A DNA stretch of 64,000 nt, taken from an uncultured virus (IMG/VR IMGVR_UViG_3300028888_000136). Taxonomy: Duplodnaviria > Heunggongvirae > Uroviricota > Caudoviricetes. Both the position numbers and the translations under genes were made by a program. The stretch lies in IMG/VR virus record IMGVR_UViG_3300028888_000136; one strand, given 5' to 3'. Below, piece after piece: positions 11,040 to 19,756 of the stretch (the first letter of the stretch is position 1; the number at the start of each line of letters is the position of its first letter). The notes under the pieces are model-generated. The model was not told where the DNA came from. It ran no database searches and saw nothing but the letters and a program-made list of their open reading frames with translations.

Positions 11040-11114
11040 CTAATTTTTGATTTCTTCGGTATGGGTTTCTGTCGTTCCTTGAGAGATGTAATTTTCTTGT
11101 TCCATATCTGCCAT
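11040..11114 (-). CDS. Conserved 24-aa acidic micro-protein
   Basis: MADMEQENYISQGTTETHTEEIKN; homolog at 44657-44728. Confidence 0.55.
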   Translation of the reverse strand: MADMEQENYISQGTTETHTEEIKN

Positions 11115-11165
11115 AATTTAATGTTTTATTTTCCAAAAGTAAATAGTTTGTTTGAAACAAAAAAA

Positions 11166-11189
11166 CCACCGTGCTTCGGGACACGGTGG
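11166..11189 (-). terminator. Intrinsic terminator
   Basis: 8-bp stem plus U-tract on the minus strand; counterpart at 44841-44866. Confidence 0.7.
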
Positions 11190-11255
11190 AAATTTTACCA
11201 ATTAACTATATATTTACAAACTATACCAGATTTCACGCTCTGGTTAGGCGTTAAT

Positions 11256-11516
11256 TTATTCTTCTTCTTGTTCCTCGTATGCTTCAATCAATTCTTCCAC
11301 ATTGTTATTGAACTCATTAATGCGTTTGGTTAGATAACCATCGTAAGAATTCATTAACAAATCCAGTGTAGTGTGTTTTCGTTGAAATACGTCATTTATA
11401 TCCTCTTCACCATAGTCCTCTATCTTATCCTTAATCTCATCGCACCAGTCAGAAATATCCTCAATCAGCGATTCCCTTTCCGCTTTCAACTCTTCATTTA
11501 ATTCTTCTTTAGTCAT
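11256..11516 (-). CDS. Highly acidic small hypothetical protein
   Basis: D/E-rich 86-aa ORF; unit A only. Confidence 0.7.
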   Translation of the reverse strand: MTKEELNEELKAERESLIEDISDWCDEIKDKIEDYGEEDINDVFQRKHTTLDLLMNSYDGYLTKRINEFNNNVEELIEAYEEQEEE

Positions 11517-11548
11517 AGTAATTTCAATTTTAATTTGTAAATAATATT

Positions 11549-11881
11549 TTAATTTGCTTTTTCTTGTGCCTCTTGTTTTTCAACATACTCTTCAAATTGC
11601 AAGAAAATCCACCCGCTGGCATTGCTGTATGCTTCTGTTATATGTTCTACGTCTTTCAGAAAGAAAACCTCCCGTTTGTCTTTAATTTCAACACACAGCG
11701 TTGAATTGTTCTGAATATACATTAACACCTTGAATCCGTTTTCGCTTTCAAGGACAAAACGCTGCCCAAGCGCGGCACATTGTAGGAAGTTATTGTAAAA
11801 ATCAAACATCATATCAACAAAATTGGTTACGTTTTCGTTGTTCTCTGCGTTTTTGCTCGCCAGCACTTGATTTTCTTTCAT
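11549..11881 (-). CDS. Early hypothetical protein
   Basis: Near-identical to 44934-45263. Confidence 0.75.
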   Translation of the reverse strand: MKENQVLASKNAENNENVTNFVDMMFDFYNNFLQCAALGQRFVLESENGFKVLMYIQNNSTLCVEIKDKREVFFLKDVEHITEAYSNASGWIFLQFEEYVEKQEAQEKAN

Positions 11882-12295
11882 ATTACTTTTTAATTTATAT
11901 CACAACCAACATCGGCTGTATTGGCAGTTGTACCAAAAAAGATATACAAATCCAAATCGAAACGCAAAAAAAAATTCATCGTGCTTGGAAGGTTTTGATT
12001 TTCAGTCTGTTGAGATGAAAAAAAAAAACGTAATTCATAACGGACAGTCACGTTTCGTATCGCGCCCATATATATTATATATTTAAGAATATATTGCTAT
12101 AAGGTAAGAAGCGTACCTTTATAGAATACGTAAGTAATAGTAACGTTACGTAATCGTTTCTTATTTTCTTTTTATGTTACTTTTTCTTTTCTTCTTTTTG
12201 GCAATCTCAATCGGAAAGTTAAATTATGTTAAAAATGCGATGCGATACGTTTTCGGTTTGGAAGTCACGATTTATTTTTGTACAACTACCAGCGA

Positions 12296-12386
12296 GAGAT
12301 AATGGTGAAGGTTAGAGAAACAACAGGCAGGGCTATATCTGGAACAATACCATTATCTCAAAAACTCCAGATGTAGCCCGACCTGT
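12296..12386 (+). ncRNA. Structured 5' leader (putative RNA switch), unit A
   Basis: Long hairpin 12323-12386; loop ACCATTATCTC is the exact complement of upstream GAGATAATGGT. Confidence 0.55.
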
Positions 12387-12405
12387 ATTAACTAACAAAC
12401 ATATT

Positions 12406-12996
12406 ATGGCATACAAAGATACCAAAGAGCTTTGGGACAATTTCAAGTCCTTGAAAGAAACAGCACCATCAATGGATGCGGAAACGTTAAACACGGAGTT
12501 CCAGCGTATTCTCAACAGCGTTGACGAATATTACACACTCCAATGTTACAGGGATGACACACGTAAGAAGATGACAGAACAACTTGAGAGGATTCTGCGT
12601 ATCAAACAAAACTTCATTGACAAGTCTGGCAAACCGACTGTAAAGGGATTTGTGATTTCAGACAATATGCTTCCAACCGAATCGAAAGAGACGATGCGCG
12701 TGGCCATTCTTGACTGTTTCATTGCAATGAGGTTGAACGAAAGATTCTGCTCACTGGTTGACACAGACCAATCGTATTTCTGGGAGTATCTGACACTTTT
12801 GAAACAGTCTGTGGCCAGAAAATACGAGGTCAGCGAGGAGAAAGCCAGACAGACCATCATTGAGCTATGGAACAAGGTGTACGATGACGAAGAAACGGCT
12901 GCGAGAAACGCAAAGGAAACGGCGGAGTTCCTTGCCATTCTCAACGGAGAAAAAACTGGTACAGTTTTTGCTGAAAAAGAAGCGTCAAAAAATTAA
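12406..12996 (+). CDS. First rightward early protein, putatively replication-related
   Basis: Positional equivalent of 46094-46633; similar C-terminal helix (LKQSVARKYEVSEEKAR vs MKENISRQFNVAEEEVR). Confidence 0.55.
   Translation: MAYKDTKELWDNFKSLKETAPSMDAETLNTEFQRILNSVDEYYTLQCYRDDTRKKMTEQLERILRIKQNFIDKSGKPTVKGFVISDNMLPTESKETMRVAILDCFIAMRLNERFCSLVDTDQSYFWEYLTLLKQSVARKYEVSEEKARQTIIELWNKVYDDEETAARNAKETAEFLAILNGEKTGTVFAEKEASKN
12957..12971 (+). promoter_or_regulatory. Sigma54-type -24/-12 promoter
   Basis: TGGTAC-N5-TTGC. Confidence 0.5.
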
Positions 12997-13012
12997 CTTA
13001 ATACCCAATCCT

Positions 13013-13597
13013 ATGAAAAAATTGGACGTAATTGGTATCGCAAATGAATACCAAACAAAAACAAGACTGATTCAAGAGAATATCATCAACTCAATGAAGA
13101 GGTCGGTCAAGACAAGGGATTTCAACAGAATGAAACGCATAAAAAGCCCGTTTGTCGAAGACTGTTTCGTGTTAACCACAAGCGACAGATACACTGGAAC
13201 TATATTCATCAAGGTTGACGGAAAATGGGTGTTCAACAGTGAAAGAGTTGATATTGAGGGTAAGGTTTTTGAATGTTTCAACATCATTTCAGAGCATTGC
13301 ATTGAAAGATTCCGCTGCCGTCTCAATATGTACGCCACGCCAATCGAAGACGTTCTGAAACGTTTTGAAGAATCGTACCTAAACGGAAAATCGTTTTCGA
13401 CCACAACGGACAGATTAGGCCAGTGCGTCTATATTGACACCTACAACGTTGTATGCCCAGTTGAATATACCTATTACAACGGCAATACCAGTTTGGTTTG
13501 CATCATAAAGACAGTGTTAGACCAGCCAGACAGAAAGACAGACGAGGTTAGGGGCAGACAAGATTCAATCCTTGAGAAAATGGCATCAGTGGCGTAA
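13013..13597 (+). CDS. Accessory hypothetical protein
   Basis: ATG follows the repeated cassette leader; start corrected from 12860. Confidence 0.7.
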   Translation: MKKLDVIGIANEYQTKTRLIQENIINSMKRSVKTRDFNRMKRIKSPFVEDCFVLTTSDRYTGTIFIKVDGKWVFNSERVDIEGKVFECFNIISEHCIERFRCRLNMYATPIEDVLKRFEESYLNGKSFSTTTDRLGQCVYIDTYNVVCPVEYTYYNGNTSLVCIIKTVLDQPDRKTDEVRGRQDSILEKMASVA

Positions 13598-13620
13598 ACA
13601 AACCAAATATTGTAAAGAAA

Positions 13621-14133
13621 ATGAAAATAAAGAAACATATCAATTTTGAAAAACTTGACGAAAAGGCCGTCAAAGTGGAGAGTATTGAAGCACTTTTGAA
13701 AGAAGGTGTTATAACGGAAAAAGACATCAGAGTTTTCAACAGTTTTGACATTCTCCCTCACCAATGTCACCATACCAGCATAATGGCGGCTATATTAGGC
13801 GATGGGATTGATAGCGTGGCTGGACGGTTCACCAAAACGAGAAGTGTTTCTGGCTTCCATTGTATCAACCGAAAGAAAGACCAGAACGGAAATTGGAGAT
13901 ATTTCGATTTGACAGACTGGAAAATCGGATTGCATTATAAAAGTTTCTACCAAGAGAGAGCTTTCAACAGAGAGAACGCCTATAACTGTTTCTCTTATTA
14001 CCGTTACAGCTTCAACACCTCTTTCCCCGCTATCGGCAATTTTTACTACGATGACAATGGTGATTTGAAAACCACGATAGACGGTGCTACACCAAGACTA
14101 TTCAGTAAAAGGGAAATTGAAATGTGGGATTAA
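13621..14133 (+). CDS. Accessory hypothetical protein, possible Cys-His-Asp triad
   Basis: QCHH...HCIN...YFDLT pattern resembles transglutaminase-like folds (inference). Confidence 0.55.
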   Translation: MKIKKHINFEKLDEKAVKVESIEALLKEGVITEKDIRVFNSFDILPHQCHHTSIMAAILGDGIDSVAGRFTKTRSVSGFHCINRKKDQNGNWRYFDLTDWKIGLHYKSFYQERAFNRENAYNCFSYYRYSFNTSFPAIGNFYYDDNGDLKTTIDGATPRLFSKREIEMWD

Positions 14134-14145
14134 GCTGGTGATTTC

Positions 14146-14160
14146 TGGCACGGTTTTTGC
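14146..14160 (+). promoter_or_regulatory. Sigma54-type -24/-12 promoter
   Basis: TGGCAC-N5-TTGC, consensus match. Confidence 0.6.
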
Positions 14161-14200
14161 ATATAGCCAACTGTCAAAAAATAACTTAAACCCAATCAGT

Positions 14201-14725
14201 ATGAAAAAGATTTTATTTGCAGCATTGGCATTCGTGGCCATCGTTTCAAGTTCCTGCACCGATTCACAGAAAGCCAGAATCTATGTCAAACGTTACCTCG
14301 GTGACGATGTTAAGATTACCGATTTCACGTATAATGAGAAAGACACGGTTTACACGTTTGACGAAATGTATGAAGTGTTGAAACAAGTGGACTACAAAGA
14401 TAACGAGGCGAGGCGTTATAAGAGATTATCGGACAAACATTTTCTTTTCGGTAGCGTAAGTCTTGGCGAAAGATACGGTGACAAAGCGTGTGAGATGTTG
14501 AGTGAAGAAAACATATTGCTTGATATTTTAGGCGATATGCAGCCAACGAAACATATTGTAAGCACCGTTGAAGTAACATACAGAAACAGCGAAAACAACT
14601 ACAAAACAGACAAGTTCACACTGACAAAAACACACACTGTCGGAGGCAAAATCGAAAGTCTCGGTGTAACCCTTGAAGAGTTCAATACCTTGATGAGAAA
14701 AATAGCAAACAAACCGCTTGACTAA
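14201..14725 (+). CDS. Predicted lipoprotein
   Basis: MKKILFAALAFVAIVSSS-C signal; start corrected from 14084. Confidence 0.7.
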   Translation: MKKILFAALAFVAIVSSSCTDSQKARIYVKRYLGDDVKITDFTYNEKDTVYTFDEMYEVLKQVDYKDNEARRYKRLSDKHFLFGSVSLGERYGDKACEMLSEENILLDILGDMQPTKHIVSTVEVTYRNSENNYKTDKFTLTKTHTVGGKIESLGVTLEEFNTLMRKIANKPLD

Positions 14726-14731
14726 ACAGGT

Positions 14732-15202
14732 ATGAAAGAATATTTATTTACACTTATTTTTGCGGTTTTGTCAAGTGCCGCTTATTCCCAGAGCTTCACT
14801 ATTGAAAATGTCGTTGGAAGAGGACAATATTTCAAATACGAAACCGAAACCCAATACGAAAAATGGACTGTCAAATACCTTAATGTTACGAAAGACAGTG
14901 ATAGTTACAAAGTATCGTGTCAATTATACAACGTGAACGAATCGTTTTATGACGAAATACCTAATGACACCACTGTTTACACGTTCATTGGTGATTTCAC
15001 AAAGTCAACACGTAAAGACGGTACAGGGTACACGCTCAAACATTCGGAAGAGGACGGTTATGCAAACTATACCGTCAGCGTATGCAAGAGCGGGTGTTTT
15101 GACGAAATAACCATAATGATACATTACCAAGTTCTGACAAGCGGTTATGTTGTTTTTATAGATATGACAACAGAAGAATTTCAAAAATGCCAACATAATT
15201 AA
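14732..15202 (+). CDS. Predicted exported protein
   Basis: Signal peptide ending AYS-Q. Confidence 0.7.
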   Translation: MKEYLFTLIFAVLSSAAYSQSFTIENVVGRGQYFKYETETQYEKWTVKYLNVTKDSDSYKVSCQLYNVNESFYDEIPNDTTVYTFIGDFTKSTRKDGTGYTLKHSEEDGYANYTVSVCKSGCFDEITIMIHYQVLTSGYVVFIDMTTEEFQKCQHN

Positions 15203-15222
15203 TACACAACACACAAACAGTT

Positions 15223-15708
15223 ATGAAAAAGTATTTATTAACACTTGTTTTAACAATTGCTTCAATTGTATCAACGAAAGCACAAGACATATTCGTATTT
15301 GAAAAAGACACGGTAAACAACAAATATGACAGCACTCTTGTTGTTTCCTGCAAACTCCACGAAGGTGACTGTTTGTATGTACAAGTTTATGGATATGAAA
15401 GCAAAGGTGTAAGAGCAGAGATGGACACTGTTGTTTTGTTGGAATATAAAATAAAAAACAATACAAATCGTGTGAAAATCGGATTCGTGACAAAAGACGA
15501 AGTATCTTGGGAGGTGGTTTATTACATAATTGATTACAGAATATTCTACAAAGGCGAGTTTTGTTATGATTATGCGTGTGATTGTTACAGATATATGCGA
15601 GTAAACAAAGGTAGCCATATAAGATTTACAAGACCAGAAGAGAACGAAGGAAACTATGAATGGGCTTTTTATAACCAAAAGACTGGTGTGCATACACTAT
15701 CATATTGA
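15223..15708 (+). CDS. Predicted exported protein
   Basis: Signal peptide ending TKA-Q. Confidence 0.7.
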   Translation: MKKYLLTLVLTIASIVSTKAQDIFVFEKDTVNNKYDSTLVVSCKLHEGDCLYVQVYGYESKGVRAEMDTVVLLEYKIKNNTNRVKIGFVTKDEVSWEVVYYIIDYRIFYKGEFCYDYACDCYRYMRVNKGSHIRFTRPEENEGNYEWAFYNQKTGVHTLSY

Positions 15709-15726
15709 TAATCAACACGTAATTTT

Positions 15727-15741
15727 TGGCACAGTTTTTGC
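15727..15741 (+). promoter_or_regulatory. Sigma54-type -24/-12 promoter
   Basis: TGGCAC-N5-TTGC. Confidence 0.6.
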
Positions 15742-15812
15742 TTATAGGTAAGCGTCAAAAAAATAATTTCATTCACCAAAAGGTATGGCTACCGTATAAC
15801 AGCCAGAAAGAT

Positions 15813-16337
15813 ATGAATAACAACATCAGAGAGACCATCAGCAACAACGTGAACAACACCATCGCCAACCACGAGAGCGGAAGATTCGTCATTGAGAACA
15901 TCATTGACTTCTATGACTTCAAGTATTCCATTGACGTGGAGAAAAGTGATGACCATTATATCTATTTCCCTATCGTGGAAATTGAAAGTCTGGAGTACAA
16001 TGTGAAGATTGTTGACAACACTGCCAGTGCCGAATGCACTTATTTTGGTGATGATGCCGCAGAAGACATTACAGATTACATTGAATCTATGTACGAGAGT
16101 TTCATTCAGTATGTAACCGATATGCGTGAAATCGTTGAGAACGAAGTCAAAAGAGATATGGATATTCTCGGTGAAGATTTCAATTCAGATGACACTTTGG
16201 CTGACATTCAGACCAACTATATTGACGATATTGACGATTACGATTTTGAGTTCTCAACTGACGCTGACAAGTCCTTCAAGTCTATGTGGTACGAGACTTT
16301 TCTTGAGTGTGTTGACCAGATGAAAGCAACAAGATAG
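15813..16337 (+). CDS. Very acidic hypothetical protein
   Basis: D/E-rich; start corrected from 15726. Confidence 0.7.
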   Translation: MNNNIRETISNNVNNTIANHESGRFVIENIIDFYDFKYSIDVEKSDDHYIYFPIVEIESLEYNVKIVDNTASAECTYFGDDAAEDITDYIESMYESFIQYVTDMREIVENEVKRDMDILGEDFNSDDTLADIQTNYIDDIDDYDFEFSTDADKSFKSMWYETFLECVDQMKATR

Positions 16338-16368
16338 TCATTCATAACTTATAATTTTAATTGTTTGG

Positions 16369-16405
16369 AAATCAGTCCTTTGCTTAAGGGCTGATTTTTT
16401 TTTTT
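16369..16405 (+). terminator. Intrinsic terminator
   Basis: aaatcagtcctt...aagggctgattt followed by a T-run. Confidence 0.75.
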
Positions 16406-16474
16406 AGGTTTTTCTTGACTTTTTTGGTATAATAGGTTATATTGTTAACAAATAATCTATTAAATTACTGGAAA

Positions 16475-17080
16475 ATGCAGAAATACGACCCTATCAGCGT
16501 GCTGGTGAACAGCGGAAACAAGTGGAGGGTGTTCACGACAGAGAGTTTCACCATACGACCGATAGTAAACCATTTGCAGCGATACAACGCTGATTTCAAC
16601 ATACGCAAAGTCCGTTACGGCTACTTTCCGACAGAAATACTGCCTAACAACACGTCTTGGACAAAAATGACTTTGTACGAAGTGAATGATATGTTTGACG
16701 TGATAGACGAGGACACCAATTTCGACACAATACCGAGTGTCCCAGACCTCAAGAAACACCTTCTGGAGAACTACGACTACAGAACCGCATTATCTATGTG
16801 GTATATTCATTGTGCAAACAGCCACATATACCCCTCAAAATCGGTTTTCAGAGGCGTTAAGGTATCGGACATCCCAGATTGGCTGATAACGCAAACAGGG
16901 CGATGCCAGAGGCCTTGTTTCGTGTCTGACAAAGACAACCCATATACAAACGTGTGGGATATTCTCAAATATTACGATGGAAGAAGGATAGACAGAATGA
17001 TTAACGGCCAGAAGGTCAGCGGCTATCTTCTTGATTCAATGAGAATAACGAATGGAGAATCCGACACGTATGGCGTATAA
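16475..17080 (+). CDS. Conserved hypothetical protein
   Basis: Homolog of 47413-47976 (LLENYDYRTA shared). Confidence 0.75.
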   Translation: MQKYDPISVLVNSGNKWRVFTTESFTIRPIVNHLQRYNADFNIRKVRYGYFPTEILPNNTSWTKMTLYEVNDMFDVIDEDTNFDTIPSVPDLKKHLLENYDYRTALSMWYIHCANSHIYPSKSVFRGVKVSDIPDWLITQTGRCQRPCFVSDKDNPYTNVWDILKYYDGRRIDRMINGQKVSGYLLDSMRITNGESDTYGV

Positions 17081-17390
17081 CATTGACGAATCGGATTTTG
17101 TTTACTACTGCACAAAATGCTATTCCCTTGACATTAGGACTGACAACAAGAAATGTATGCACTGCCATTCCTGCGGTGCTGACATCTACAATATAGACAT
17201 TACCAGCTTCCATAGATGGGAAGAGCTTTACCAAGACAAATACGGACGCAAACTCGTTGAAAAGACGAGCGTTTATGACGATTTGAACGAAGTGTTGGCC
17301 GATGAAGGCGAAGTGATTATGACCGCTGACGAGGCGTTGTCGAACCAGATGAACGTTGGTGACGTAATCAACAGAAAAATAAAAGACTAA
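17070..17390 (+). CDS. Zinc-ribbon protein
   Basis: CxxC...CxxC; homolog of 47960-48295. Confidence 0.7.
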   Translation: MAYNIDESDFVYYCTKCYSLDIRTDNKKCMHCHSCGADIYNIDITSFHRWEELYQDKYGRKLVEKTSVYDDLNEVLADEGEVIMTADEALSNQMNVGDVINRKIKD

Positions 17391-17403
17391 ACTATGAAGA
17401 CAA

Positions 17404-17895
17404 TTGGACAAAAACAAAGTGAAAGCACGCGAAATAACGGACTATGCTTATTTCAAGATGATGATACCAGAAGGATGGACAACGACCCATTCGACAGACG
17501 AATACTCACGTTACGATGCGACCGTGACAAACGGCAACAAAGTGATTTACACGGAGTTGAAGGGAAGGGACATTGAGATTACGGACAAAATCAAAAGCGA
17601 AGGCGCATATATAGAATGCGCGAAAGCCGACTATCTCTACAAACTCGGTGACGCTGCGATAGTACAGATGTTCTGGAAGTCAAACGTGACCTATGTATGG
17701 AACTTGAAGGACAGAGGCGAATGGGAGAAGGTTTACAAGTATATAGACAACAACAACGAAACGAGGAAGGATGTAGGCAAATGGGTTTACCTGTTGCCGT
17801 TTGACGAAAAGAACGCCAGATACACGGTGGATTTGACCGATTACCCAGTAATGCTTGAAAATATTTATAATAAATTGGAAAACAACGAGATATGA
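17404..17895 (+). CDS. PD-(D/E)xK nuclease-like protein
   Basis: YD...ELKGR motif; homolog of 48317-48844. Confidence 0.6.
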   Translation: MDKNKVKAREITDYAYFKMMIPEGWTTTHSTDEYSRYDATVTNGNKVIYTELKGRDIEITDKIKSEGAYIECAKADYLYKLGDAAIVQMFWKSNVTYVWNLKDRGEWEKVYKYIDNNNETRKDVGKWVYLLPFDEKNARYTVDLTDYPVMLENIYNKLENNEI

Positions 17896-18125
17896 ACATT
17901 GAGAGAAGAGCGTGGAAAAACCTCCACAGACTTATAGAGGACGGGCTTCTGACAGAGAAAGAGAGCTGGGAGCTTGCCTGCGGAATATTCAAAATCAACA
18001 TCGAATATTACCCTCAATACATACAGCCGAATGACATACAGATACCGTTTGACGCGAGTTCTATTGACGAACAACAGCAAATAAATGAAACCAAAGTCAA
18101 AGGTTTCGCACCTACGAATAATTGA
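17892..18125 (+). CDS. Small conserved hypothetical protein
   Basis: Homolog of 48863-49069 (LI.DG.L.EKE, VKGF). Confidence 0.7.
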   Translation: MNIERRAWKNLHRLIEDGLLTEKESWELACGIFKINIEYYPQYIQPNDIQIPFDASSIDEQQQINETKVKGFAPTNN

Positions 18126-18142
18126 GAAAAATTCAAAGGTAA

Positions 18143-18655
18143 ATGGCTGATATAAACAAGATTATACCGAAAATCAAAAAATGGGAAGGCGGTTATGTAT
18201 CACACCCAGCAGACACAGACGGCGGTTGCACTATGCAAGGAATTACACTAACGACTTTCAGACGCTATTACGGGCGCGATAAGAATTGCAATGACCTCAA
18301 AAAAATAACAAATGACCAATGGAAACACATTTTGAAAACTGGATATTGGGACAAAATGAAAGCCGATGAAATTGAAAACCAGTCAATTGCGGAGTTATGC
18401 GTTCAAATGTGCTGGGGAAGCGGAGCGGTTACAGCAATAAAGAAGATACAAAGGTGTTTGGGGACAGAAGCGGACGGTATAGTAGGAAAAAAGACGCTTG
18501 CACTGCTTAACGGAGAGAACAGAGCCGAAATACACGCAAAATTACTTGAAATGAGACGCTTGTGGTTTATGAACATCGTACAGAACAATCCAAAAAAGAA
18601 AGTGTTTTTGAATGGATGGTTGAATCGTTTGGCTACGTTTGTCTTTGAAGAATAA
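18143..18655 (+). CDS. Endolysin, glycoside hydrolase family 108
   Basis: EGGYVSHPADTDGGCT..GI motif and C-terminal FLNGWLNR. Confidence 0.88.
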   Translation: MADINKIIPKIKKWEGGYVSHPADTDGGCTMQGITLTTFRRYYGRDKNCNDLKKITNDQWKHILKTGYWDKMKADEIENQSIAELCVQMCWGSGAVTAIKKIQRCLGTEADGIVGKKTLALLNGENRAEIHAKLLEMRRLWFMNIVQNNPKKKVFLNGWLNRLATFVFEE

Positions 18656-18674
18656 GAAGGAAATTGCGTAATGA

Positions 18675-19070
18675 ATGTCAAAATCAAAACACAAGAAAGA
18701 CGTAGGGAAATTCAAATCACATTTTGAATTGGAGGTTGCGGAGGTGATTGGCGGTGACAAATACGAGGTAGCGGAGGTGGACTATGAAGAGCCAGCTGTG
18801 AGCCACAAATACACGCCAGATTTCACGATTACGGCCACGGATGGACACACAGTCCACTTTGAGACGAAAGGCCGTTTCAGAACGAAATCCGAGGCCGACA
18901 AATACATCTGGGTGAGGGATTCCAATCCAGATATAGACTTACGTTTTATCATAATGGGCAAAAAGACGCTTATGCCACGGTCAAAGAAGACCACAATGTA
19001 CGATTGGTTGAGAAAGAACGGTTTCACTGTGTACGTGTGGCCTAATTTGCCGAATATGAAAAAACTTTAG
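18675..19070 (+). CDS. T7 endonuclease I-like Holliday junction resolvase
   Basis: KSHFE...YTPDF...ETKGRF...DLRF. Confidence 0.85.
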   Translation: MSKSKHKKDVGKFKSHFELEVAEVIGGDKYEVAEVDYEEPAVSHKYTPDFTITATDGHTVHFETKGRFRTKSEADKYIWVRDSNPDIDLRFIIMGKKTLMPRSKKTTMYDWLRKNGFTVYVWPNLPNMKKL

Positions 19071-19136
19071 TTAGGATTTGGAAATCTCAAATACATTTGC
19101 AATAATAGTATTGAACTTTTTTCGTACATAAAATTT

Positions 19137-19490
19137 TTATTTTTTGGTTTGAACCCCGTCAGAATCCGCTGGCGGGGTTTTGTGTTTCTTATGGAGAAAC
19201 CTGTTTACACGCGCCGCACAGACAGCGAAAGAACGCCTTGACTTGAAACAGAACCTGCCTATGTTCTCGTTGTCAACCAGAACGAGGTAAGCCCCGATAT
19301 TGGGCAGATAATCACCCGTGTGCCTGTCGAATTTCAATTCTTGGCATACAATGACCTCACCGAAATAAACAGATTCGTCTTCATCCATAATGATGATGTA
19401 CGCACCAGTATCGTCAAGGGCTTCGACAATATCATCCGTGGTTAGAAACGCGCCTTTTCTGGCATCGTCTTCCGTAATTATTATCTCCAT
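19137..19490 (-). CDS. Moron-like hypothetical protein with its own promoter
   Basis: TATTTTTG box upstream on the minus strand; unit A only. Confidence 0.6.
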   Translation of the reverse strand: MEIIITEDDARKGAFLTTDDIVEALDDTGAYIIIMDEDESVYFGEVIVCQELKFDRHTGDYLPNIGAYLVLVDNENIGRFCFKSRRSFAVCAARVNRFLHKKHKTPPADSDGVQTKK

Positions 19491-19756
19491 ATAGCTTTGT
19501 CGTTTAATACCAGCAAAAATACATTTTTTCCAGACAAGTCAAAAAAATATTAAAAAGACTTGACATTTCAAATAAAAATCGTATCTTTGCCGCCGACTTC
19601 ACTGGTCATACGGCCAGTCCCCCTTACCCTTTGGGTAGAAGAAGTTATTTTTTGACACTTGGGAGGTTAACGCCTCCCTTTTTTGATATGTCATTATGTC
19701 AGAACGGTTCTGCCATTCTGTCAGGTTGATATTGCAACTTGTTGAACGGCAAACAG

